Shown: positions 46,124-56,477, counted from the stretch's first letter. The stretch: DNA of 64,000 nt from an uncultured virus (IMG/VR IMGVR_UViG_3300048592_001370) (IMGVR_UViG_3300048592_001370), one strand, 5' to 3'. Numbers and translations: made by a program. Notes: a model not told the origin generated them from the letters alone.

Positions 46124-47152
46124 TTAGCTCCTGTTGAAAAGGTTGTATGCTTTGTGGATGTTGGTTGCGAGTTCGGTAAGCTCGGCGAATCGGGCGTTAT
46201 GGCTACCCAGAACATCGACTTCGAACGTAGCCTCGCTCGCATCTATATCGGGAGGGTCCAGGACGAGTCCGGATTCCATACCGTTTGCCAGATAGGTGTG
46301 TGTCGTCCCGGTCTGCAAACAGCGTACCTTCACAGGCTGCTTTCGCGGCAAGCCATGGATAAAGCCCATGTCCACCCAGGCTGCTTCGCTGGGTTCAGAA
46401 TCAGCAGTAAGACCAGCGTATCCACCGAGTTGCCCTTTCGCCACCTTTTTCTGAATACGTCCGAGCAAGCTAACGACAGGTTTGAGCAGATGTGTTACAC
46501 GCGGTTCGTAGCTGTACCCATACAGTCCGATTCCGATGCGCGCTACGTCAGAGGGAATCCTGTTCGCCGTCGGGGAACTGATTATGCTCCAGGTTGTGGT
46601 CCAGCAACTGAACGCTAAATCTAGGGAGTGTTCCTTGACGACCGAGTACACTTTCCCAATCTCATCTTGTGTGACAAAAGGAACTTGATCCCACGGTGTG
46701 AGCGACCATTTGGATACGACAAACACGCCAACAACCAGATCACCCAGCTGCTTGAGCACAGTTCGCAAGTCGTCCAGATTGTCTATTCCGAAACGACCCA
46801 GATCAACATCGTAACACACCCACACAGGCGAAGCAAAAGCTCTCTGGGTTTGATGTACGGAATAGACGACGGGGAACGTATTACTCAGGAATGGCAATGG
46901 GTTATGGTCTAATGGGTTGAAGACGACTATGCGCGTTCCTACACGTTTGCGTATCTGTCGCGCTTCGGAAGCGGTAGCAACCCCGATGATGTCTGCGTAG
47001 TCAAGAAAGCGTCCCATTCCCAGATTGTCGAAACCTAGGCCATAGGCCTGGCTTTTTATCACGGCCATGACGGCGGTTGACGGCGAAAGTACCTTCCGAT
47101 ACGTCTGTAGATTGTGAGCCAGATTTTCAGGATCGCAAATGAAGAGCGCCAT
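46124..47152 (-). CDS. Alanine racemase-family PLP enzyme (divergent)
   Basis: AVIKSQAYGLG (PLP Lys), GVATASEA, LGRFG, RIGIGLYG, GGYAG (catalytic Tyr). Confidence 0.85.
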   Translation of the reverse strand: MALFICDPENLAHNLQTYRKVLSPSTAVMAVIKSQAYGLGFDNLGMGRFLDYADIIGVATASEARQIRKRVGTRIVVFNPLDHNPLPFLSNTFPVVYSVHQTQRAFASPVWVCYDVDLGRFGIDNLDDLRTVLKQLGDLVVGVFVVSKWSLTPWDQVPFVTQDEIGKVYSVVKEHSLDLAFSCWTTTWSIISSPTANRIPSDVARIGIGLYGYSYEPRVTHLLKPVVSLLGRIQKKVAKGQLGGYAGLTADSEPSEAAWVDMGFIHGLPRKQPVKVRCLQTGTTHTYLANGMESGLVLDPPDIDASEATFEVDVLGSHNARFAELTELATNIHKAYNLFNRS

Positions 47153-47153
47153 T

Positions 47154-48323
47154 TCAGGATTCCGAAATGCGCTGCATGAACTGCTTCAGCTCTGGGTCAT
47201 CGGGATATTCCATGTACCAAACCTTCTTGCTCGCCCGGTAGGAGTGTCGGTTCCACGCCGAAGCTAGCAGATGGAAGACGAGATTGAGAAAACCATCGTC
47301 TTTGCCTTCTTCAGTAGCGAAGCGTTTGCGGAAATTCCGCATGTTGTAGCCGTTGTAGAGCACGCCTGGGATGGCATTCGTTTCCAAGAAGTAATAGCGC
47401 CCGTTTTCCTCGTCGAACATGAAGTCCAGCCGTGTGAAACCTTCAAGGTCGAACGCGAAGGTAATCATCCGAGCGTATTCTAGCAACTCTGGGTGATACT
47501 CGGTCACCTCCGTCACTTCTAGACCACCGACGTTCTTCTTGTTCCCCTCATCGAGTATTTGTTGCTCACCGTGTAGGTAGAACACACCGCAGGTCGTAAT
47601 GCCCGAATTTCCTTGTACGTCCATGAGAGAGACAACAGGAACGGTCAATTCCTTGCCTTTGATAACTTCCTGGATGACGAATCGGTCGCCGTATTCCCTG
47701 TTCGCGCGAATGAACGGAACGATCTGGTCGAACTCTTCCTTCTCGAAGGTGCGCGTCATTACGGAACCCCCCAGACGCGCCGGCTTGACGATAACCGTGT
47801 CACCCAGTCCGTTCCACAGGACGTTTTCGTCATCCCGTATCTCCCCCGACGCATCGACCAAGGCCTGAGCAGGGAACCAGACGTTCGTCGGTAAGCCAAG
47901 CGATTCCACGAAGGCACTAGCAATTGCCTTGTCCGTGCTTCCTACTTCTCCCCACACTTCGGAATGCGTGTTCGGTATTCCCAGCAGGCGCAATAGGCCA
48001 CCGACATGTCCGTCCTCGCAATAGTGATCGTGTGTGATGCTATAGACGACCACGTCTTTGTAGATGTTCGAGAACCACGTTGCCCAGGTTGGCAAGTTGG
48101 GGAAGGTCGACCCAAACTTGGTCATGGACAGTTTGTCGAAATCGACGGATATTTCATTCACTGTCCCGTCGCGCTCCCAACGAAAGACAGCGAGCGGACC
48201 GTTTTGCCAGCCCACGCGGTTGAATTCGCGCAGCACTGAGAGCATTCCGCGGAGCGAGATCATGTGTCCTGTGCTGGGACCACCGCAGAGGATTACGAAA
48301 GGGATGTTGGGCTTATCAGACAT
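47154..48323 (-). CDS. D-Ala-D-Ala ligase-family ATP-grasp enzyme (divergent)
   Basis: GGPSTGH..S, EDG, DK, VKPARLGGS, QEVIKGKE, RLDF, ETNAIPG. Confidence 0.85.
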   Translation of the reverse strand: MSDKPNIPFVILCGGPSTGHMISLRGMLSVLREFNRVGWQNGPLAVFRWERDGTVNEISVDFDKLSMTKFGSTFPNLPTWATWFSNIYKDVVVYSITHDHYCEDGHVGGLLRLLGIPNTHSEVWGEVGSTDKAIASAFVESLGLPTNVWFPAQALVDASGEIRDDENVLWNGLGDTVIVKPARLGGSVMTRTFEKEEFDQIVPFIRANREYGDRFVIQEVIKGKELTVPVVSLMDVQGNSGITTCGVFYLHGEQQILDEGNKKNVGGLEVTEVTEYHPELLEYARMITFAFDLEGFTRLDFMFDEENGRYYFLETNAIPGVLYNGYNMRNFRKRFATEEGKDDGFLNLVFHLLASAWNRHSYRASKKVWYMEYPDDPELKQFMQRISES

Positions 48324-49186
48324 GGCGTTCCTCGATTAGCATATTGATAGAAGGCGTCCTGTACTTCTTGTACGGTAAGGGCCGGCTTACGCCCGAATAG
48401 GAATGACTCCCGGTACTGCGGATTGTCCATCGGATTCTTTATGTAGCGGAAATGGTCTCGGGTGTTGGAATTGATACAAGCAACCATTCGTCGGAAACAC
48501 GCTTGGCATTCGCCACACGCCCACTCAGTCGGGTGGTAGCAGGACTTGGTCTGCATCAGCGTGGTCCATCCTAGTCCTTTCACCGTCAGCGCCATCAAGT
48601 CGCTCTTCGTTAGGAGCTGAACAGGAGAGAATACTTCCACCTTCTTGCCCAGAACCAGCGAGCAGATGTCTGACATCTTGGTTCTGAATTCATGTGTGCA
48701 ATCAGCAATCGCATCGTAGTAATTGTCATCCGCTACGTTTGCCATCATGATGGCGTCCGGTTCGTACATGGCCGCTATAGACGCAAGGGCCAAGTTCCGC
48801 GCTGGTATCCCTGCCATCTTCAACGAATGCCGTGACTGCAAGTATTTGCTATGCAGAATCGGAAGGGAGAGCGTCTCTACGTGTGGGAGTTCCAGCGAAC
48901 TTACTAGCTTCTCGAAGCAAGACCGCTCCATGTCATTGTATTCCTGACCGAGGTCGAGACGAAGAGCTATGATGGTAGCTGTAGAGTACCAATCAGTATG
49001 CCTAAGCAGGCGCAAAGCAGCAAAGCTATCGAAGCCACCGGACACGAGAAAAACAACTCGCTTGATCTGGTTACACCTCAATTCATCGTCCAGCAGATTC
49101 AGATACTGCTTGATGTAGGTGGACGGATCTCCCTTGTACACCTTACCTGCGTACTGCGAAAGATAGTTCTCAGGTCTCAAGATCAT
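48293..49186 (-). CDS. queC: QueC-like PP-loop ATPase (7-cyano-7-deazaguanine synthase family)
   Basis: SGGFDS, LGQ, IPARNL, DCTHEF, SP..LTK, SCY...CGECQACFRR. Confidence 0.8.
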   Translation of the reverse strand: MILRPENYLSQYAGKVYKGDPSTYIKQYLNLLDDELRCNQIKRVVFLVSGGFDSFAALRLLRHTDWYSTATIIALRLDLGQEYNDMERSCFEKLVSSLELPHVETLSLPILHSKYLQSRHSLKMAGIPARNLALASIAAMYEPDAIMMANVADDNYYDAIADCTHEFRTKMSDICSLVLGKKVEVFSPVQLLTKSDLMALTVKGLGWTTLMQTKSCYHPTEWACGECQACFRRMVACINSNTRDHFRYIKNPMDNPQYRESFLFGRKPALTVQEVQDAFYQYANRGTPCLISPTSLS

Positions 49187-50301
49187 AGGTATTGGTCGTA
49201 ATGGTCGATCACTTGTTTGACGAAGAAGTTGTCCCACGGAACGAACGTTTCGTTCTCCTCTATGGATTGGGACAGCTCGCGAATTCTGTACACTCCGCAA
49301 TCATATTTACCGTCATAGATTCCGAGTGCGGAACGATGGTTGCGTTCCTCGAACAGATTCACGCCTTCTATAGCTAGTCCGTCCGGCTTTTGCACAGCCG
49401 CTGTTTTGCACAAGGACGCAATGCGCTGGCACTTGTCGCACTTCCCACACCACTTTGGCGCTGTCCGGCTGCAGGAACAATAATGCAATTTACCTTTGTT
49501 CGCCAGAATCGTGACGATGGACAACTGTGTGAACATGCTGGTTGCGGAATAGGCACGCACCTTTAATCCGAAGTGTTCGGCTAACAGATTGTAGTAGTTC
49601 TGCGTTTGGAAGTAGTCGTGGGTCGGGTAGATGAAGCCCTTGTCCCGGTACTTAACCCAATACATTTCCTGCCGTTCCTTCTCGTCGCCGAAGAAGACGT
49701 TGTCGTACCCCTTCATTTCCGCCCAGTAGAGTATCAGCAGCCTCTGGATGGCAACGAACATGGGGTATATCTGAGGCGAACCTGTGAGGCCAAATAAGGG
49801 GTCAAGATGCTTGTGAATGACGATCGGAGCTTCCTGATCGATGACCGACGTGAAATCGTTCATCTGACAGCGGTCATGCATCGTGACGTGATGCATAGGA
49901 ATGCCAAGCGTCTGGAACATGTCATTCGCCAGAACGCTTTCCTTGCCTCCCGAATAGGCAAGTAGGTTCTTCTGCTGTTTGACAAGGGCCAGTGACAACG
50001 GTTCTTTCACCTTCGCGTATTTGTGCAGCAGATGAGTGATGGGTTTGTAATCGTCGATCCAGATGTTAAACTCCACATCCATCATCATGCAGTAGAGGTT
50101 GTAGTAAAAATTGGTGATGTCGGAATACGGGCCTATATTCTCCCGTCCCGACAGCCGATCTGGCATAGCCTTGAGCAAGGCAAACAAATGCCAGTACGGC
50201 TCCGCCGCTCCAAGCTCCGGTATCTCCATCGAGATATCTTTGCAGAAGGGTAGTTCTATTCTTTGTATTGCGGCACGGCGTTTAAGGGCTGCTTCGGTCA
50301 T
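49183..50301 (-). CDS. PP-loop ATPase with Zn motif (MurL-like/HUP superfamily)
   Basis: LLAYSGGKES, FGDE, SCS....WCGKCDKC. Confidence 0.6.
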   Translation of the reverse strand: MTEAALKRRAAIQRIELPFCKDISMEIPELGAAEPYWHLFALLKAMPDRLSGRENIGPYSDITNFYYNLYCMMMDVEFNIWIDDYKPITHLLHKYAKVKEPLSLALVKQQKNLLAYSGGKESVLANDMFQTLGIPMHHVTMHDRCQMNDFTSVIDQEAPIVIHKHLDPLFGLTGSPQIYPMFVAIQRLLILYWAEMKGYDNVFFGDEKERQEMYWVKYRDKGFIYPTHDYFQTQNYYNLLAEHFGLKVRAYSATSMFTQLSIVTILANKGKLHYCSCSRTAPKWCGKCDKCQRIASLCKTAAVQKPDGLAIEGVNLFEERNHRSALGIYDGKYDCGVYRIRELSQSIEENETFVPWDNFFVKQVIDHYDQYL

Positions 50302-51890
50302 GATTCAAGCTCCGGTGGTGTAAGACGGTTAAGATTGCCCAAGATGATCGTTTCCATTTCTTCTCTGTTGTAGTGCTTGAGGCTCTCATCGGCGAACAAA
50401 CGCCGCACTTCCTCTTTCGCTTCCTTCCAGGACTGTCTCTGTGCCTCATGGAAAAGCCGGAATAGCCTGCCGTCTGGTTCTCGCCATTCCGTGCCAAATT
50501 CGGGATTGTACTGTGACGTGATGCCCGCATCAACCCGGTGCTTAATCAAATCGACCAGCTCTTGAGGCTCTGTGTTCAAGGATAGCCCCGCTGCTTCCTC
50601 TAGCAAGTCGAAAAGTTGCTTGCCCATGAAAGCAATGAGATTGGGATAACGCAAGGCGGCCTTAATGGCGTTCTGTTGCTGCTCTGCAACCTTGATCGTG
50701 ACTAGCAATCGGTGCCTTAGCTTGTCGAGCTCGCTCTGCTCATGCAAAGAAGCATTCGCTATACCGGGAGCCTTCGCTTGTTGTGAGATTATTGGCTCGT
50801 CGTCTAGTGTGCGGATGTAGTCCCCGGGACAAGTACATTCGGGATCGACCCCCGGTTGACGCAGCGTGGAGGCCGGACAGTTAAGCTGATGTGGGTAGCT
50901 CAGTAGGGACATTGTTTCCTCACGGTTTCCTAGGAGGCTGTTGCAGAGCGTCGAGACGCGGGGCTGTGTATTCCGACTGCACGGAACAGCTCTTTATTCT
51001 GACATCTTTCTGATTCACGAGAATGCACTCTGCGGGAAAGAAAAGATGCCTCGGAGCGCAAGGGTGCAAACACATGCTGTTTTGGAACTGCGTGCAGTTA
51101 ATGTTCACTGGCATGTTGTCCTCTCAGAATCCGCTTGTCGGCGCATAACCCAACAAGTTTGGACGCTCCGTGAATTTCAAGTACGGATCATTGGGTTTGC
51201 GACGCGAGTCGTACAGTTGCTGGATTGTCATGAGGTGGGCGTAGGCGATTTGCGGATACAGGCTTCCTACCATGTCGTAGTAGAGTTTCCTCAGCTCGTT
51301 ATACTCGTCCGCAAGCTGCTCTTGCGTCAACTCCTTTAACTCCTCTTCGCTCCTCATAACTTCACCAATGTCCCATCGCAGAGTTTGTGGAGGAAGTATT
51401 CCGGGCGATTTATCCGCAACCACATCGAAGGCGGGGTAGGATAGCGTTTATCGTACTCGTGTTTCCAGTATGGCTGATGACAAATCGTGCAGATGCAATC
51501 TCCTGCGGCACGTAGGAACTCTGGAACATCGGTACGCTGTCGATACCTTTCGAGTATCTCGGGCCATTGCTCTACCACACAGTCCAGGAAACGTACCACT
51601 AATTCCCGATCTATCTGGACCCTATCCGTTCGTGTTTGTTCCTGGACTGTTCTCTGAAGGGAATTCCGACTACTGAGGAGTCCCTCCACGATTAGGGCTT
51701 GGCGTTCGTCCCACTTGCCCTCGCGATATATCCAGAACACTGGGGCGCCCTGTGTATCTCGACCGGCGTAGGAAAGGGCCTTCTTTTCTCCCAGAGGTGG
51801 GTCTTTCAAATCCTCGAATTTTTCACACGGTGGACAGAAGTACACGCCAGTGGGATCTGGCGGATTGTAGGTCGGCGTTGCTTCAGGCAT
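50298..51890 (-). other. Four hypothetical genes (50298-50912, 50920-51114, 51124-~51357, 51354-51890)
   Basis: Packed - strand ORFs with RBSs; several are Cys-rich. Confidence 0.6.
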
Positions 51891-51919
51891 GTATATTCTC
51901 CGAATGATCGGTTCACTAC

Positions 51920-51929
51920 CTATTTACAA
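51920..51929 (-). promoter_or_regulatory. TTGTAAATAG motif, copy 2
   Basis: Intergenic, 30 nt upstream of the ATG at 51890. Confidence 0.4.
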
Positions 51930-51930
51930 C

Positions 51931-52338
51931 TTAGCAGATTTTGACGAGGAAACCAAGTGTCCATTCAGACCGTGGCTCTAGTAGGCCAGCGCGGGATGGA
52001 TGTGGATCGTGGAATATATCTCCATTGCGGCCAACCACGGCGTGTAGCGTATTCACGTCCCTAGGAGAAGGTCCATAGATCATGTGGAACATGTCGCTTA
52101 CATCGTAGAATTTGCAGCGTTCACAGAAGCCACGGTATTCCAGCTCAAGGTGCATTAGGCCGAAGGGTTGGAGAAAACGGTTGATGCGACGTGCAAATTC
52201 AATACCTTGGTTTTCTGGGAGGTCAAGCAGGAAATTGGGGACTTGCGAGATGTCGAGATCGAGAAGGGACGCCAGACACGCAGACTGGCAGTCCCCTTTA
52301 CTCGGATCGTCGACCACAATCTGGTCGACTGGCGTCAT
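51931..52338 (-). CDS. Possible papain-fold cysteine peptidase-like protein
   Basis: GDCQSACLASLL...HAVV...HDP. Confidence 0.45.
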   Translation of the reverse strand: MTPVDQIVVDDPSKGDCQSACLASLLDLDISQVPNFLLDLPENQGIEFARRINRFLQPFGLMHLELEYRGFCERCKFYDVSDMFHMIYGPSPRDVNTLHAVVGRNGDIFHDPHPSRAGLLEPRSEWTLGFLVKIC

Positions 52339-53759
52339 TGTCGTTTAGCTTTGTCCATAAGAATAACGATTAACGGAAGCAACATGGTGCCTATTGAGGC
52401 AGCCAGTGCCAGCATTGGTTGTTTGGTAAGTGTAGCCCACGCAAACAGCGGCAAACCGCTCAGCATGCTGAGCGCAATACCCCAGAACACGCTTCTTTCT
52501 GTTGCGGCCTTTCCACGGGTAGCAAGAGTGTAGACGGTTGGCATAAACGTCGCGGCACGTAATGTCCCGTAAAACAGGAACAGATGGAGCAATTGCAAGC
52601 CTGGGATAAGAGCTATCAGCAGGGCCGCGAGCGTCAGGAACACCATGCTCATTCGACTAAAGCCTATTTCCAGTTTCTCGCCACCCTGTGCCAGGTAGCG
52701 TTCCTTTACATCATGACCCGCGATGGATGAGATAGAACACATCTTTGAATCGAGGATCGAAACGATACCAGAAAGCACCATTGCGATAAAGACCATGCTA
52801 CACCAGAATGGCAGGTTTGCCAGTATGAACTCAATATTTACCATCTGTGGATCTTTGGGTTTGAATCCACTACCGGCGGCGGCCCAGCCAAATAGCGCCA
52901 TTCCTATTGGAACAAGCCCGAAGATAAGGCCTCCAGCTATGAAAGACCGCTTTATGTACCTCGGATCCTCCATTGCAAAAGCGCGTTGCCAAAAAGCCTG
53001 GTCTCCGAAGGGACCGGCCAGCAGACCGATTGTGGCGGGTACGCCGAATGCAATCAGTATCTCCAAACCACGAGCGTCAAACAAACCACCTATGTCTTTC
53101 TTGACACCGGAGAAACCCGCTAGGATTGTGTCTAATCCCACATTAGCGAACAGGACAGGGATGAGCAAGACAAACCCCAGCAGCATCAAAGCCATTTTGA
53201 CAAAATCAGTAAAGATGGAACTGCGGAGTCCGAAGATCAGAGAATACGACAAGGGAAGGATCGATAGCAGAATGACGCTGAACATGAAGTCCCAGCCTGC
53301 AATTACCGAGAGGAGTTTGCCACCCGCAAGAAGTTGAACGGCGAAGGCACAGACGGTCAGACCGATCAAACCCAACCAGTACAAATTCTGCACCCGTTCC
53401 GAATAAGTGTCTCTCATAAGATCACTCAAGGTGAAACCACTAGGCCGCATTTCTCGAATGCGCTGAGCAAAGAAAGCAAACAATACCAAACAAAGCACGT
53501 TAGGAACTGTGAACCAGAACAAACCTACCCAACCCTCAAGGTAGGCTTTTTGTGCCGACACAAACATTCCAGTTGCCCACGTCCAGGCCGCCGCTACAGA
53601 AAAGGAAGACGCGATCCAACCTATCTGGCGATCGGCTACGAGGAAGTTGAGTTTTGTCGCAAGCCGCCCATTGTTAGCGACTACAGAGATAGAGTAGCTC
53701 GCTAGGAGCAAGGTTAGGAAAAAGATTGGCAAGAACCAACCTGTAGACAGTGACTGCAT
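52335..53759 (-). CDS. Sodium:solute symporter (SSS family, urea/proline-like)
   Basis: About 13 TM; FLVADR, SVAAAWTWA, GLRSSIFTD, DQAFWQRAFA, SILDS. Confidence 0.88.
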   Translation of the reverse strand: MQSLSTGWFLPIFFLTLLLASYSISVVANNGRLATKLNFLVADRQIGWIASSFSVAAAWTWATGMFVSAQKAYLEGWVGLFWFTVPNVLCLVLFAFFAQRIREMRPSGFTLSDLMRDTYSERVQNLYWLGLIGLTVCAFAVQLLAGGKLLSVIAGWDFMFSVILLSILPLSYSLIFGLRSSIFTDFVKMALMLLGFVLLIPVLFANVGLDTILAGFSGVKKDIGGLFDARGLEILIAFGVPATIGLLAGPFGDQAFWQRAFAMEDPRYIKRSFIAGGLIFGLVPIGMALFGWAAAGSGFKPKDPQMVNIEFILANLPFWCSMVFIAMVLSGIVSILDSKMCSISSIAGHDVKERYLAQGGEKLEIGFSRMSMVFLTLAALLIALIPGLQLLHLFLFYGTLRAATFMPTVYTLATRGKAATERSVFWGIALSMLSGLPLFAWATLTKQPMLALAASIGTMLLPLIVILMDKAKRQ

Positions 53760-53809
53760 GAGGATACCTCCAAATAGGTTGATGTAAAGTAAGCCAAATA
53801 CTGGAAATT

Positions 53810-53889
53810 GCTCGACGCGAGCGGAGGGATCTATGTCCCGGTCCCGAAGATGGGAAACTAGCGAGGGAAGGGGCCCGAAGGCCCGCTTC
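53810..53889 (-). promoter_or_regulatory. Structured leader upstream of the SSS transporter
   Basis: cUUCGg hairpin plus three short hairpins in a 130-nt gap. Confidence 0.4.
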
Positions 53890-53891
53890 AA

Positions 53892-54560
53892 TTATGGACG
53901 ATATTGAGGGCCGTTGACCAAACCAACAGTCACGAGACAATCACCTCGGAACTTGTTGAACTGGTCATCTTCTGGAATGTCGAAGCCGAAATTCTCCAAT
54001 ATCCACTGCGGGGTGCATTGCCTCGGAGTAACATTGTGCTTTTCCAGGAACGCTTTGTTGCGTTCATGATGAGCACAAACCTCGTCCCACGCGAAATGGA
54101 TGTCCTTGTAGTAGTCATACTTCGGATACCCTACTTCGGGACCGCCGACTTCCAGCCACCACGCCATTGCCTTGATCGGGTTAAGCAGAACGATCATGAA
54201 ACGGCTTTCCGGGAATGTTTCGTACAGCCAGTCCAGGTGATAGGCGAACTGGTGGCAACGGTGGAAACGGAGCTTCTCGCCAAATGGCTCGGCGTAGGGT
54301 CGATCACACTCCTTCCGAATTTCGTCTGGCGTCAGCTCTTGCAGCTTGTGGAAGTTCTCGCCGAAGAGATTGAAGGGACCGAGGAAGGCTCCCGTGTGGC
54401 AATCAATGAGTGGATCGATCCCACGTGTCTTGAACACATAGTGACGATCGAAAGCCTCGTCACTGTGATCGACACGTGGACTTTTGCCTATCAACTTGCA
54501 CACGCCTATCCAACGGGAACCAAGTGTGCCGGATGTAAATACTCGCTTGCTATCTGTCAT
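53892..54560 (-). CDS. Sulfotransferase-like P-loop-fold protein
   Basis: VFTSGTLGSRW at the N terminus; LYETFPESRFMIVL.NP. Confidence 0.5.
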   Translation of the reverse strand: MTDSKRVFTSGTLGSRWIGVCKLIGKSPRVDHSDEAFDRHYVFKTRGIDPLIDCHTGAFLGPFNLFGENFHKLQELTPDEIRKECDRPYAEPFGEKLRFHRCHQFAYHLDWLYETFPESRFMIVLLNPIKAMAWWLEVGGPEVGYPKYDYYKDIHFAWDEVCAHHERNKAFLEKHNVTPRQCTPQWILENFGFDIPEDDQFNKFRGDCLVTVGLVNGPQYRP

Positions 54561-54766
54561 CGTCTGAATCCTAAAAAGAGCAACAAGATTTGCGTACCGA
54601 AGAAAACTACGAACCACAGGATGATGGTTTTCTTGTCTCGAACCCCTTCGGCTTCCCCGATTCTGAATCCGCAGAGCAATCCGAAATAGGAAGACAAGAT
54701 CATCAAAATGAGGTACAGATTGTAGAACAGGGCGACTGGGTCATCGTGCTGATTTAGGCCAAGCAT
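54557..54766 (-). CDS. Small two-TM protein
   Basis: 69 aa, hydrophobic; AGGAG RBS. Confidence 0.6.
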   Translation of the reverse strand: MLGLNQHDDPVALFYNLYLILMILSSYFGLLCGFRIGEAEGVRDKKTIILWFVVFFGTQILLLFLGFRR

Positions 54767-54801
54767 TTGCTATCTCCTAGCCGCCCGTTCTGGCGGCTTC
54801 G

Positions 54802-55848
54802 TTACTTCGAGACTAATTCGGGTTTGAAAACGGTCTTGAATTGGTATGCGTTGTCAAACCAGAACCCCAAGGTTTTCAACTTCTGCTCCGTCACGGAGCG
54901 TCTCAACGTGGAGACTACTTTGTCACCGTCTCTACCCAGTATCCAACCATATTTACCGGAATCGCGTTCGATGTCCGACGTGCTAGCTGGATCCTGTGTC
55001 ATAGAACGGAGTGCTTTCCTCAACTGCTCTGTGTGTGGATTGTCCTTGTTCACCCACAGCGCTTTCTGCATCGAGTCTCGGAATGTACGCGCCAGAACAT
55101 AGGCTCGATACAACTCGCCTTTCGGTTTCTCACCCCAAGTCTTCTCATACACTGTCTCGAACAGGAATCCGGGATAGTTGGCGTCGTCAACCTGTTTCCC
55201 TTGTTTGAAGTCGTAGACACCATGCGTGAACCAAACAACGGTATCTGTCATCTCCGTGTAGAACTTGTTCCAAGCAGCTGGCGTCTCTCGCGTCACATTC
55301 AACTCGTTCCGAATGTACGCCATCCGTCGCTCGTTACCCTTCATGCTGTTGATCCAAACGAAGCGATCTCGGAAGCAGTTGAGGTACGCAATGGTCGTTG
55401 ACTTCGGGCCACATGCCATCAGCGCCATTGCAATTCCGTCGGGTTCTGCGCCTGAGCTATACGCGAATTTGAGCTTGTCTGTCTTGGGATTCGCACCCTT
55501 CTTGATTCCCACGACGATGTCCAAGTTCATCATGCCAACGCTGGCATACTGTCCGTAGTCGTAGTCAACCTTATCGACGAGATAGCTCACAGCGTTCCCG
55601 CCGTGACTGACCATAATGGTCTTGGGTTGATCCCGCATCTCATTGTGCCACTTGTTGAAACCGGGGATATCCTTCGCACCGGGAATGTGGCGAATAACCA
55701 CCGGCTCATTCAACTGCTTGGACAAGTGCCGAGCAATGAGCTCACTCCATACCGCCGTACCACTTCCAGGTTCCTGTGGAACAACCAATGTCCATTCAGC
55801 GTGAGCCAGAGCAGACAAAAGGCAAAGCAATGCAATAATACTTCTCAT
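54802..55848 (-). CDS. TctC/Bug-family periplasmic substrate-binding protein
   Basis: Signal peptide; LVVPQEPGSGT...LSKQLNEPVVIRHIPGA. Confidence 0.75.
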   Translation of the reverse strand: MRSIIALLCLLSALAHAEWTLVVPQEPGSGTAVWSELIARHLSKQLNEPVVIRHIPGAKDIPGFNKWHNEMRDQPKTIMVSHGGNAVSYLVDKVDYDYGQYASVGMMNLDIVVGIKKGANPKTDKLKFAYSSGAEPDGIAMALMACGPKSTTIAYLNCFRDRFVWINSMKGNERRMAYIRNELNVTRETPAAWNKFYTEMTDTVVWFTHGVYDFKQGKQVDDANYPGFLFETVYEKTWGEKPKGELYRAYVLARTFRDSMQKALWVNKDNPHTEQLRKALRSMTQDPASTSDIERDSGKYGWILGRDGDKVVSTLRRSVTEQKLKTLGFWFDNAYQFKTVFKPELVSK

Positions 55849-55862
55849 GTTTCTCTCCTGTG

Positions 55863-56477
55863 TTAGATTCCAGAAACGCGACGCGCTTCCTTGTCGCGTT
55901 CTGTCAGTTCGATGAGGGGACGCACATACTTTCGGTTCTCATCGGTGATGTACTTGCCAATACCTGGATATGCAATCGGCCAATCCAACAGCCTTTCCAA
56001 GTACCGCAAATAGTCTACACCTAGAAGCAGCAGTGCTTCGTAGCTGAGAACATGGGACCCTAGATGCAATAGTTTTTCCAATACTGGAAGGGCCTTAGGT
56101 AGTGAACAATCCTTGCGAACACGTTTCTGTTGATACGAAACAATGTTCGGTTCACGAGTGACAATGGCACAGGAGACAGCAACCCCTATTTTGGAACAAC
56201 GCTCCAACAAGCCTTCTATGTTCGGTACATATAAATTACCTTCTTGCATGTACGGTACGCTTATGCTGGTCACCGTACATCGCGTCTCGAAAAAGTCCGC
56301 TTCCAAGGCCGCAGGATCTTGCCAGTAGCGAAACATTGGTTCTTCGCTGTGAGGAAGCCAATCGTGAAAGAGCAACGATTTCCAACCGCTGACATCTGGG
56401 TGGTAGCTGAATATCTTGGCCCATGCGTGATTGCATGTTCCTTGCGGGCCAGCTATTATCAGTAGCTTCTTTTGCAT
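55863..56477 (-). CDS. Sulfotransferase-like P-loop-fold protein
   Basis: LLIIAGPQGTCNH...HPDV, IVTREP, LSYE. Confidence 0.55.
   Translation of the reverse strand: MQKKLLIIAGPQGTCNHAWAKIFSYHPDVSGWKSLLFHDWLPHSEEPMFRYWQDPAALEADFFETRCTVTSISVPYMQEGNLYVPNIEGLLERCSKIGVAVSCAIVTREPNIVSYQQKRVRKDCSLPKALPVLEKLLHLGSHVLSYEALLLLGVDYLRYLERLLDWPIAYPGIGKYITDENRKYVRPLIELTERDKEARRVSGI

Noticed and set aside
46124..48323. Alr plus Ddl as a van-type resistance cluster or a host chromosomal fragment
   Set aside because: No vanH/vanX/vanR/vanS or mur/fts neighbours; both proteins are very divergent and embedded among phage genes
53821..53842. CGGAGGGATCTATGTCCCGG resembles the 3' stem of the guanidine-I (ykkC) riboswitch
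   Set aside because: It is on the + strand, opposite to the transporter, and the CUAGGGUUCCG 5' part is missing
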